From: a virus | Length of the DNA stretch: 51,657 nucleotides | Strand: one strand, 5' to 3' | Virus record (IMG/VR): IMGVR_UViG_3300045988_164158 | Part shown: positions 44,736-51,657 of the stretch, in pieces | How the letters are laid out: every line of letters starts with the position of its first letter | How positions within the stretch are numbered: the first letter of the stretch is position 1 | Notes under the pieces: model-generated | What the model saw: the letters and a program-made list of their open reading frames with translations, nothing else | Told to the model about the DNA's origin: nothing | Database searches by the model: none | Translations under genes and position numbers: made by a program

Positions 44736-45161
44736 ATGTACAGAAATAAAGATGTAGATATTCTTGCCAGAACTATATACGGGGAGGCAAGGGGAGAAGC
44801 AAAAATTGGTAAATGTGCCGTTGCATCGGTTATTTTAAACAGATATAAAGCACATAAATGGTTTTCGGGTAAAACTATCGCGGATACATGCCAATTTTGC
44901 GTCAAAGGCTCAAAATACCATCAATTTAGTTGCTGGAATGAGGATGACCCGAATTTTACCTTAATTAATCGCATTTCTGAAAGTGATAAAGTCTTTTGCG
45001 AATGTATAGATATAGCAGAGAAATATATATCTGGAATTTATAAAGACGTGGTTTGCGGAGCCTGCCATTATTGCGCTGTTGGGGTTAACCCTGCGTGGGC
45101 AAAAGGAAAAAAACCTGATTTACGAATCGGTCGTCATTTATTTTATTGTGAGGTTGAATGA
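44736..45161 (+). CDS. endolysin, SleB-like cell-wall hydrolase (Hydrolase_2 family)
   Basis: LARTIYGEARGE...AVASVILNR...QFSCW motifs. Confidence 0.75.
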   Translation: MYRNKDVDILARTIYGEARGEAKIGKCAVASVILNRYKAHKWFSGKTIADTCQFCVKGSKYHQFSCWNEDDPNFTLINRISESDKVFCECIDIAEKYISGIYKDVVCGACHYCAVGVNPAWAKGKKPDLRIGRHLFYCEVE

Positions 45162-45373
45162 AATATGCGATTTTTGTTGGTATTCTTCTCCTTGTTATTA
45201 GTGGAACTTATTATACTGGCTATCGGGTGGGAAGTTCTGACACAAAAATTGAATATATAGAAAAAGAGGTTATTAAATATGTGGAAGTTGAAAAAGCGAA
45301 GTCGGCAATTTATTCTTCTGCTAATATTGACCGTGATACTGCTTTGCGGATGTACTCAGAAAATAAATTCTAA
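45158..45373 (+). CDS. i-spanin (Rz-like)
   Basis: N-terminal TM followed by a charged periplasmic domain. Contains an embedded, out-of-frame lipoprotein ORF. Confidence 0.5.
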   Translation: MKYAIFVGILLLVISGTYYTGYRVGSSDTKIEYIEKEVIKYVEVEKAKSAIYSSANIDRDTALRMYSENKF

Positions 45374-45512
45374 CCCTTGTCCTGTATATCCAATAGGGGG
45401 AGAAAAAGTAGGTAAAGAATTGACCAATATCCCATATAATGGTTATGAGAATTTTTGGGAACATCAAGCAAGACTTTATAAATTAAAACAGGAATTAGAT
45501 TTATGTAAATAA
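45279..45512 (+). CDS. o-spanin (Rz1-like lipoprotein) overlapping the i-spanin gene out of frame
   Basis: Lipobox ILLCGC, then a Pro-rich mature region NPCPVYPIGG. Confidence 0.5.
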   Translation: MWKLKKRSRQFILLLILTVILLCGCTQKINSNPCPVYPIGGEKVGKELTNIPYNGYENFWEHQARLYKLKQELDLCK

Positions 45513-45541
45513 AAAGCCCGGTAGGCACCCACCTTCCGGGC
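45505..45541 (-). terminator. hairpin (GCCCGG...CCGGGC) with a T-run only on the minus strand
   Basis: Direct reading. The plus strand has an A-run before the stem. Confidence 0.3.
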
Positions 45542-45602
45542 AAATGAGTAAATGTTATCGCAAACGCCAATAACACGCATAGTATATGATAAAATTTGGC
45601 AG

Positions 45603-46028
45603 ATGTCAATGCAAATTTGGGTAGACGGGGCTTTTAATTGTAAAACGAAAGATGCCGGATTAGGAATTTTAATTCGGGAAATGATACCAAACGGCACTAA
45701 AGAAACCAGATTACATATAAAAACTAAAGCTGAAGATAATAATCAAGCAGAATTGCTCGCCATATATCACGCCCTTCAACATATTAAAGGATGTAAACCT
45801 AAAGAACCTGTTTTTATTATTACAGATAGTCAAATTGCTATTGATAGTATAAATAATCCAGAAAACAAAAAACTTAAATATAGAGAGATAGCGGAAAGAA
45901 TACGAGCTATGTTATATTGTGAAAAATGGAAAATATATCATAAAAAAGCACACACTGGTGGGAAAGATAGATATTCAATTTATCAAAACCTTACAGATAA
46001 ACTTGCAAAAAAAATTGATTTACAGTAA
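45603..46028 (+). CDS. RNase H (type 1)
   Basis: QIWVDGAF (D), NNQAELLAIYHAL (E), IITDSQ (D), KAHTGGKDRYSIYQNLTDKLA (H/D). Confidence 0.7.
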   Translation: MSMQIWVDGAFNCKTKDAGLGILIREMIPNGTKETRLHIKTKAEDNNQAELLAIYHALQHIKGCKPKEPVFIITDSQIAIDSINNPENKKLKYREIAERIRAMLYCEKWKIYHKKAHTGGKDRYSIYQNLTDKLAKKIDLQ

Positions 46029-46062
46029 AATGTTAGTACTAACTCCATATGGTAACTGACAA

Positions 46063-46125
46063 GCCCTCCTGCTTCAGGCATCATTAGAAATAATGATATA
46101 CAGCTTCTCGGAGGGCGTTTTTTAT
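46063..46125 (+). terminator. plus-strand terminator between convergent transcription units (GCCCTCC...GGAGGGC followed by GTTTTTTAT; long loop)
   Basis: Direct reading. Confidence 0.4.
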
Positions 46126-46355
46126 AAAAGACCGTTTCTTTCTTTACAAACAATTTCGGCAGTATGTAAATCAAAGAAAATATCATTTATGTTAGTATAT
46201 ATTTTATGATTTTCAGATTTGATAATAATTTCTAGTTTATTATTGGTTATATTAACACCTTCGATATGCCAATCTTCTTTGCTGACTACCCAGCCGTTAT
46301 CAATCCACCAATCATAATCTTCTTGAATGTAAAAAACTTTATCCCCAATTTTCAT
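46122..46355 (-). CDS. hypothetical protein
   Basis: ORF. ATGA overlap with the upstream gene. Confidence 0.4.
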   Translation of the reverse strand: MKIGDKVFYIQEDYDWWIDNGWVVSKEDWHIEGVNITNNKLEIIIKSENHKIYTNINDIFFDLHTAEIVCKERNGLL

Positions 46356-46561
46356 TTTAACAATCCCATGTTATTTTTAAGTTCACGATGATAACCATAA
46401 ATAATACCGTCGACATCTTTAACATAAACATCCATGCCGTAAGGTAAAATTTCCAAAAGTTCGTTTAAATTTTTTTCAAATTTTATTTTCGAACATTTTT
46501 CAATCATTGTTAAAGGCGGTAAACCAGTTTCAACATATTGTCCGATATAAAAAGTATACAT
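46352..46561 (-). CDS. hypothetical protein
   Basis: ORF. Confidence 0.4.
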   Translation of the reverse strand: MYTFYIGQYVETGLPPLTMIEKCSKIKFEKNLNELLEILPYGMDVYVKDVDGIIYGYHRELKNNMGLLK

Positions 46562-46570
46562 AACATCCTC

Positions 46571-48601
46571 CTATATAATAAGTTTTTGAGCTTCTTGAAT
46601 GTACCAATCGTAATTGATATTATTCCATTTAAAAGTTTCAATATCGTTAACAACTGTGACTTTATATCCGGCCGCTAATCCTGTAACACGTTCCTCGTAT
46701 TTTGATTTATTCTTTGTGCAAACTCTTTCATCCCATTCACCGCCTGTTTCAGCCATGACCCTATTATATTCCGTTTCAGTAATACCATTTCGACGTTTAT
46801 AACAACCTACCGGACCGGCAGGGGGCATAACTTTTGATAAAAATTCCCCATCTGTACTGATATAAAATCTTGTATTTTTTTGGACATGTTTATTACCCCA
46901 AAACAGCTTAGAACCGCCGGTAGCTTTAACTGCGCAACAAAAGTCAAACGGATTGAAGCAACTGCGAATGTATGTTTCAATATCAACACCATCAACCATA
47001 TTTGCAACAGCCGCCCGCGTGCTGACAACGTTTGAAAAGTTTTTATGCCATGCAGCGGGTTGTGATGATGCTATTGATTCGTGATAATCAAGAGCATCAG
47101 GTGTCCAATAGGTACCTTTGAGTTTACATTTTCCATCCGTACCGACGGCGATATAGTTATTAACATCGCGAATATACATTTTGGCATATCTAGCTTCTTC
47201 GAGGTCCAGATGTGTTAATTGTTCCCATCGTTTACAAATCTCTTGTGTCTGTTGATAATAATCTTTGTGAATGTAAAATGTAATACCATCTGTATTGGCT
47301 TGAATAACTTGCAATGTCGGAACATCTGTCAGCCATTCGAGCAACATTGACAACATTAATTGACCGTTGATAGTAATTGTCATGGTAAATTGCGGGTCAT
47401 ACATCACGCTGAATTTGGAGTTTGATTTACCATAAGCACCATTGAGAGCGAGTTTGATAGCGTTGGCTTCCGTGCATTTTTTACCTTTTTCTTTTTGCCA
47501 TTTTTTACGTTCTTTTTTAAGGTCACCGTAAATGCTTGCGAATCTATCTCCCAAATGTTCGGGATGCAAGCCGTTTACAATAGCAATTGACGGATATAGA
47601 CTTGATACGTCAACATCAACAATCCACCAATCGTCTGTAGCTTGTATGCGTTTCTTTTCAACAGAACCGTGAATACCACCAACTCCATAATGATATTCAA
47701 CGCCGTTGACAGTCGCTGTAAGATTTTCAAACACACCTTTGGTTTTAATATTTGTACTTTCTTCGCCAGCTGCATTGATTTCTTCACTTCTCAATACCTG
47801 AGAACACATATAATCGTAGATATGCTTAAATTCAGGCTTTTTTAATTTTACATAAGAAAAAATAATATTTTTAAGTGGTATTTGCGTTCTTGGTGTTTGA
47901 CGCATCTGTCGGTAACCTGTGGAGACATCATAACATACTTCATCACCAAGACGGGATATGATAGTTTGTTCGCCGATTTTTGTATCATTCCAGTTATAAA
48001 CGTCGATACCAAATTGTGATTCAAGCCCTTGTCTAAATTCAACAGCGTGATGCGCATATTCAGCAAATCGCTTAGTTTCCTGTACGTCATGTATGTTATA
48101 AGGGATGAGTAAAGTTTCAATTTGTTCTTTGGTAAGCACAGTTCCATCTTTAATCGGCATGTCTTGAACAAATGGTGCACGCATATTTATTTGTAAAGCT
48201 TTTAATGAAGTAGATTTAGCTTTATTATCAAAATGGTGCATTTTAAACAAATCCACTTGAGGTGCAAAACGGTCAGATGCCCATATAATATGACCGAATT
48301 TACTCTCGGCGTTAATAATGTCCATGGCTTTTGTGTAAAGTTGCTGATAAGTTGCTGAAGGATTATTCCAAAGAAAATGGATTACCGGATAGTCAAAATT
48401 AATATTATTAAAACCTATCATAGGTGTCTGAGTTATTGAAAGTTCTTTAAAAAATGCTAAAAGTTGCTTACGGTCATCACGATATTCAGAAATTTCCCAA
48501 ACTGAACGAACATTAGAATTTAACATTTCCATTGATAATGTAAAACAGTTCGGGAAAGTTTCAATATCGTAGACTATAGCGTTAGTAAAGTTAAGAGACA
48601 T
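46571..48601 (-). CDS. family B DNA polymerase
   Basis: Exo I YDIETFPN. Motif A VDVSSLYPSIAI. Motif B KLALNGAYGK. Motif C QANTDGITFY. Start at MSLNFT with a GGTGG Shine-Dalgarno. Confidence 0.8.
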   Translation of the reverse strand: MSLNFTNAIVYDIETFPNCFTLSMEMLNSNVRSVWEISEYRDDRKQLLAFFKELSITQTPMIGFNNINFDYPVIHFLWNNPSATYQQLYTKAMDIINAESKFGHIIWASDRFAPQVDLFKMHHFDNKAKSTSLKALQINMRAPFVQDMPIKDGTVLTKEQIETLLIPYNIHDVQETKRFAEYAHHAVEFRQGLESQFGIDVYNWNDTKIGEQTIISRLGDEVCYDVSTGYRQMRQTPRTQIPLKNIIFSYVKLKKPEFKHIYDYMCSQVLRSEEINAAGEESTNIKTKGVFENLTATVNGVEYHYGVGGIHGSVEKKRIQATDDWWIVDVDVSSLYPSIAIVNGLHPEHLGDRFASIYGDLKKERKKWQKEKGKKCTEANAIKLALNGAYGKSNSKFSVMYDPQFTMTITINGQLMLSMLLEWLTDVPTLQVIQANTDGITFYIHKDYYQQTQEICKRWEQLTHLDLEEARYAKMYIRDVNNYIAVGTDGKCKLKGTYWTPDALDYHESIASSQPAAWHKNFSNVVSTRAAVANMVDGVDIETYIRSCFNPFDFCCAVKATGGSKLFWGNKHVQKNTRFYISTDGEFLSKVMPPAGPVGCYKRRNGITETEYNRVMAETGGEWDERVCTKNKSKYEERVTGLAAGYKVTVVNDIETFKWNNINYDWYIQEAQKLII

Positions 48602-48760
48602 TTTACCACCACCCAAAAACACGCCCATAAATTGGTAAAATCACGGATTGTACAAATATCCAAGCTATAAAACCGTGGGTAGTTGTACAGTGACTGACAG
48701 CTTGAAGATAAGCGACGAAAAACCAGAAAATAGCGGTGTAAATAACAATCCCATCCATTT

Positions 48761-49138
48761 TTAATCCTTTCTCTCTGCATTCGATGAATCGACATGATGA
48801 TAACTGCCTTCAGTAGTTTTTTGCCATACTCGGATTTTATTTTTCTGATGTTTATTGTAAACTTGTTTATAAAAAACATCGTTATAATGAGTTATGTCAT
48901 TTAACAACCCTAAACTGATAATTCTTCCTGTAATTGAATGCCAACGTGAGAGACCACAACAAACAATAAAAACATCGGCGAGTTCTTTTCCAGAATCTTC
49001 AACGGTTACAGCTTCTTTCCATTCCCTAAGCTCTTCTTCAAGTTTTAAAAGTTGCCCGTCAAGTGTAGCATCTGGAAAACAATTTAAATGCCATTCGGTA
49101 ATTTCTACAGCTAATTCAATCCATTTTTCTCTGTTCAT
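48761..49138 (-). CDS. MazG-like nucleotide pyrophosphohydrolase
   Basis: HLNCFPDATLDGQLLKLEEELREWKEA...KELADVFIVCCGL fits the MazG EExxE/KELxDV pattern. Confidence 0.5.
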   Translation of the reverse strand: MNREKWIELAVEITEWHLNCFPDATLDGQLLKLEEELREWKEAVTVEDSGKELADVFIVCCGLSRWHSITGRIISLGLLNDITHYNDVFYKQVYNKHQKNKIRVWQKTTEGSYHHVDSSNAERKD

Positions 49139-49379
49139 TTTCTAAACCTTCTAACATTCGTGGACGTACTTGAGATTTATAAATGCTATCGGCGTTTATA
49201 GCAATTTCATCACTTGTTAAAATTTTCAAATCCTCAAGCATTGCAATTAATGTCATAAGAATTACAAAATTTCGTAATCCCATATCTCTTAAATCACTAA
49301 AATTTTCTGGTAACATAAAAACCTCCGTTAATTTATTAAATGAGCAGACTTTGACCGGTCTGCCAGCGGTTATCAACAT
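49116..49379 (-). CDS. hypothetical protein
   Basis: ORF. TAATG overlap with the upstream stop. Confidence 0.35.
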   Translation of the reverse strand: MLITAGRPVKVCSFNKLTEVFMLPENFSDLRDMGLRNFVILMTLIAMLEDLKILTSDEIAINADSIYKSQVRPRMLEGLENEQRKMD

Positions 49380-50224
49380 TAATACGGTATTCTATCATTA
49401 ACCAACGTAGAAAACGGTTGACCCGATGCAGGCTGAGCAGTCGGCACACCTTGCGCATTGTTAACAAAATCATAAGCAGGGGCGGGCATAGGAGCCTGCG
49501 GCATTACAGGAGCCTGCGGCATTACAGGAGCCTGCGGCATTACAGGAGCCTGCGGCATTGGCATCTGTGCTGTGCCAGGTGCTGAACTGATAGGTGTTGC
49601 CGATGCTCCGACAGGTACAGCAGACACCTGACCGCCAAACAATTTCATCGGGTCGGCATTTACCGAACCTTTAATCGCCTGACCGTATCCAACAATTTCA
49701 TAAGCGTTTGGATTCCAATAAATACCCCCGTCTTTTTCAGTATGTACGGTCAAATTGACGCTTGTAACAACATAATCGCCGGTTTTAACTTCCCCTGCTT
49801 CAACTTTACGGTAAGCTCCGTTTTCAAACTTGTAAGTCGAAGGACAGAAAGCCGATGTACGAATTTTGATGACATAACAACCTTTGTAACCGTCACGGGT
49901 ATTGTACGGTACATTTGACCCTTGCGGACAAGCAGGGCTGTCACCGTTAATGATTTTCCAAGCAAATCTCGTCATTTCAAGCTGTTCAGGATTTACATTT
50001 GCGTATTGCGGATAGATTTTTGCAACTTCCTGAACAACATAAGGCCAAACATTCTGCATAAATTCAGCTTTAGGAATGGCAAGGTCGATACGATGTTCTT
50101 TGACAGGTTGACCGTTTTTATCCGTTTTAGGCTGTTTGGTATAAAAATCAATCGCCTGTTCAAATTTATTAGGATCGCCGCCGACAATACGACCAGCCGG
50201 CAATTTAAAGCATTCTAACGTCAT
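49379..50224 (-). CDS. DUF2815-like putative ssDNA-binding protein with a Pro-rich (PQAPVM)n repeat linker and C-terminal PAPAYDFVNN...DRIPY tail
   Basis: N-terminal GRIVGGDPNKFEQA...RIDLAIPKAEF resembles the DUF2815 rlsYphlFep...llIPK pattern. Located in a DUF2800/polymerase module. Contains a 21-bp tandem repeat. Confidence 0.4.
   Translation of the reverse strand: MTLECFKLPAGRIVGGDPNKFEQAIDFYTKQPKTDKNGQPVKEHRIDLAIPKAEFMQNVWPYVVQEVAKIYPQYANVNPEQLEMTRFAWKIINGDSPACPQGSNVPYNTRDGYKGCYVIKIRTSAFCPSTYKFENGAYRKVEAGEVKTGDYVVTSVNLTVHTEKDGGIYWNPNAYEIVGYGQAIKGSVNADPMKLFGGQVSAVPVGASATPISSAPGTAQMPMPQAPVMPQAPVMPQAPVMPQAPMPAPAYDFVNNAQGVPTAQPASGQPFSTLVNDRIPY
49485..49565. repeat. 21-bp tandem repeat (GGAGCCTGCGGCATTACAGGA, about 3.7 copies) encoding (PQAPVM)n
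   Basis: Direct reading. Confidence 0.85.
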
Positions 50225-51297
50225 TTCTTTTCTCCAAAATATTTTTCTGCAATTTTAGTTTCATCAACTGCAACAAGTTTCAAACCGTTATCCGGTCTAT
50301 AAGTGCATTCGGCTATAAATTCCTTCGGAACACCGGCTTTTTTAGCCTGTGCAGGTGTCATAAGCTTTTCAACATGAACATCAATACCCGTCATTGCTTT
50401 AATAAATTCAGCATTAATATCTTTATTCCACGTTGTTTGTCCTAAACTCGGAGAGATTGAGTAACCTTTAACACTTTTACCTTCAGACAGTCTGTGTTTT
50501 GCCAAATCCTCATAAGCATCGCAAGATTGTCTTAAGACTTCCTGAGCGCGTTTAAGATTTGTCAGCATCCATGAGAGCCGTTCATTGCTAATTTCGCTGT
50601 CAAAAGCTAATTCAGCAACATCTATGGCATTCATAGCTGCTATTTGTGCCGCGGGGCATTGAGAGAGTGACTGACACTTATAACATTGTGCACCGCTGCA
50701 AACGGTTGAAGAGGGGTTGACAAGTGTTTGTGTTAACTTATCGTACAGCTGCATCAACTCGTTATAATTTATCTGCCACTCTCTTATACACCCTTGCGGA
50801 TGATATGGTCGGGGTTGAAAAATCTTAAACACTATTAGATTCGGGTAATGATTTTCATGTTGTTTACACCATGCGATTGCGTGACTAATCAATGTCCAAT
50901 TCATTTTTGGTTCAACAATCCGCCAACCATATTTCAAATCCGCAATGATTAAAACGTTGTTGTTATATTTAATGCAATCAGCACGTCCGCGAATTTCCCA
51001 ACCGTTTCCAGAGTGAGAAGTATCTGTTTCAACTTCGGCAGAATCTGAACTGATAAATTTGAAATAATTCTGACAATTTTCAACCATTTCATCAGTTATA
51101 AACAAATTGTTCGAAGCCGATTGTCCGATTAATGTTTCAGGATTGATACCGCCTGCAACCTGTTCAGCAAGCCAGTGAACAGCCTTGCCTTCGTCAGTCA
51201 GTTCGGTTGAAGAATCAAAAGGTTGTATGTTACCTAAAGATTTATAACCGTTACAAGCCATAAAACGCGGGAGTTCTGTTGCAGTTAATGATAACAT
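50221..51297 (-). CDS. PD-(D/E)XK nuclease, Cas4/DUF2800-like, with a Cys cluster
   Basis: IADLKYGW (D..K core). CSGAQCYKCQSLSQC Cys cluster. Typical phage replication-module neighbour of DUF2815. Confidence 0.55.
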   Translation of the reverse strand: MLSLTATELPRFMACNGYKSLGNIQPFDSSTELTDEGKAVHWLAEQVAGGINPETLIGQSASNNLFITDEMVENCQNYFKFISSDSAEVETDTSHSGNGWEIRGRADCIKYNNNVLIIADLKYGWRIVEPKMNWTLISHAIAWCKQHENHYPNLIVFKIFQPRPYHPQGCIREWQINYNELMQLYDKLTQTLVNPSSTVCSGAQCYKCQSLSQCPAAQIAAMNAIDVAELAFDSEISNERLSWMLTNLKRAQEVLRQSCDAYEDLAKHRLSEGKSVKGYSISPSLGQTTWNKDINAEFIKAMTGIDVHVEKLMTPAQAKKAGVPKEFIAECTYRPDNGLKLVAVDETKIAEKYFGEKK

Positions 51298-51300
51298 AAA

Positions 51301-51657
51301 TCACAAACCTTTTTTAACCAATTCGTTAATTACATAACTAAGAGCCTGTGCATTACCTCTCAATTCAGCAGCTCCTTGATAAGAAGTCCCATAAGTAGCA
51401 TTAACACCGGCAATCACATTTTGCATGAAATTAGCATCAAGCACTTTCATCTGTAAACCGTTACGTAACTGTTCGAACATTCTGTTGTAAAGAGCTTCCG
51501 GGTCTTCTGCAACAGAAGACGTTGTGGCTTCAACAGGTGCCTGACAAGCGACGGTATTATTAATGAAATCATATGCCGGAGCAACCGGAGCAACCGGAGC
51601 AACCGGAGCAACCGGAGCAACCGGAGCAACCGGAGCAACCGGAGCAACCGGAGCAAC
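51301..51657 (-). CDS. C-terminal part of the repeat-containing protein that starts at 372 (wraps around the window ends)
   Basis: Frame ...(APV)n-APAYDFINNTVACQAPVEATT...VINELVKKGL*, with a TGA at 51301-51303. The repeat is in the same frame as the left-end segment. Confidence 0.6.
   Translation of the reverse strand, partial: VAPVAPVAPVAPVAPVAPVAPVAPVAPAYDFINNTVACQAPVEATTSSVAEDPEALYNRMFEQLRNGLQMKVLDANFMQNVIAGVNATYGTSYQGAAELRGNAQALSYVINELVKKGL
51577..51657. repeat. Tandem 9-bp repeat (AACCGGAGC)n at the right window end
   Basis: Direct reading. Identical unit and phase to 1..81. Confidence 0.9.

Noticed and set aside
46030-46120. Possible tRNA in the RNase H / small-gene intergenic region
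   Set aside because: No cloverleaf-compatible pairing or conserved T-loop or D-loop motifs were found by eye. The region is better explained as a terminator hairpin.
51447-51656. Track ORF translating as MLRLLRLLRLL…
   Set aside because: It is the 9-bp tandem repeat read in the wrong frame. The in-frame reading (APV)n is continuous with real coding sequence on both sides.

Overview
The window looks like a complete, circularly permuted genome (about 51.6 kb, AT-rich) of a tailed dsDNA phage with a lambda/HK97-type siphovirus morphogenesis module. The host is probably a low-GC Gram-negative bacterium: Shine-Dalgarno sites are used throughout, and the lysis cassette has overlapping Rz/Rz1-type spanins. 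Both window ends carry the same 9-bp tandem repeat (AACCGGAGC)n. A single minus-strand gene runs through the artificial junction, so the true molecule is circular or terminally redundant.

Gene order from the start of the window:
- 372-457: divergent promoter/operator region.
- 457-3645 (+): unknown protein, SF2 helicase, SprT-like HExxH protein, VRR-NUC nuclease and a short TetR-like HTH protein.
- 3632-4201 (-): N6-adenine methyltransferase, preceded by a 12-bp perfect palindrome.
- 4700-7236 (+): AlpA-like regulator and a PrimPol/SF3-helicase fusion.
- 7354-8507 (-): decayed IS1595-family transposase split into two ORFs.
- 8555-17894 (-): long early block of roughly 35 tightly coupled small genes. 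It contains a tandem pair of DUF2829 (Tad2-like anti-Thoeris candidate) genes, an orphan methyltransferase N-terminal fragment, DUF1566-like paralogs, NUMOD/HTH DNA-binding proteins and many unannotated tiny membrane or Zn-ribbon ORFs. It is driven by two near-identical sigma70-type promoters with conserved leaders.
- 18345-46028 (+): late module. It runs through two NUMOD1 homing-endonuclease-like genes, TerS, TerL, portal, scaffold, major capsid, connectors, a Mu-F-like head protein and an HK97 gp10-like protein. It then continues with the major tail protein with an Ig-like domain, G/GT chaperones with a -1 frameshift site, the tape measure protein, gpM/L/K-like proteins, an I-J fusion, tail fibres, a holin, a SleB-like endolysin, spanins and RNase H.
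- 46122-51657 and 1-372 (-): replication operon. It encodes two small proteins, a family B DNA polymerase, MazG-like pyrophosphohydrolase, a DUF2815-like SSB candidate, a DUF2800/Cas4-like nuclease and a repeat protein.

Most notable observations:
- The tail-fibre region is punctuated by the only long G homopolymer in the genome (G9) and by a (TC)n dinucleotide tract. These sit exactly at module junctions, and single repeat-unit changes would fuse three consecutive fibre ORFs.
- A start-less antisense fibre fragment follows the fibre ORFs. Together these point to a phase-variable or cassette-type host-range system.
- A duplicated roughly 90-nt conserved leader with a stem-loop precedes the capsid and tail-tube genes.
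- A 2.5-kb GC-rich island covers the homing-endonuclease-like genes, TerS and the TerL ATPase half.
- Two adjacent replication proteins share Pro/Ala/Val tandem-repeat linkers ending in a PAYDF[IV]NN tip.

No tool-based searches were run. All family calls are from motifs read by eye.
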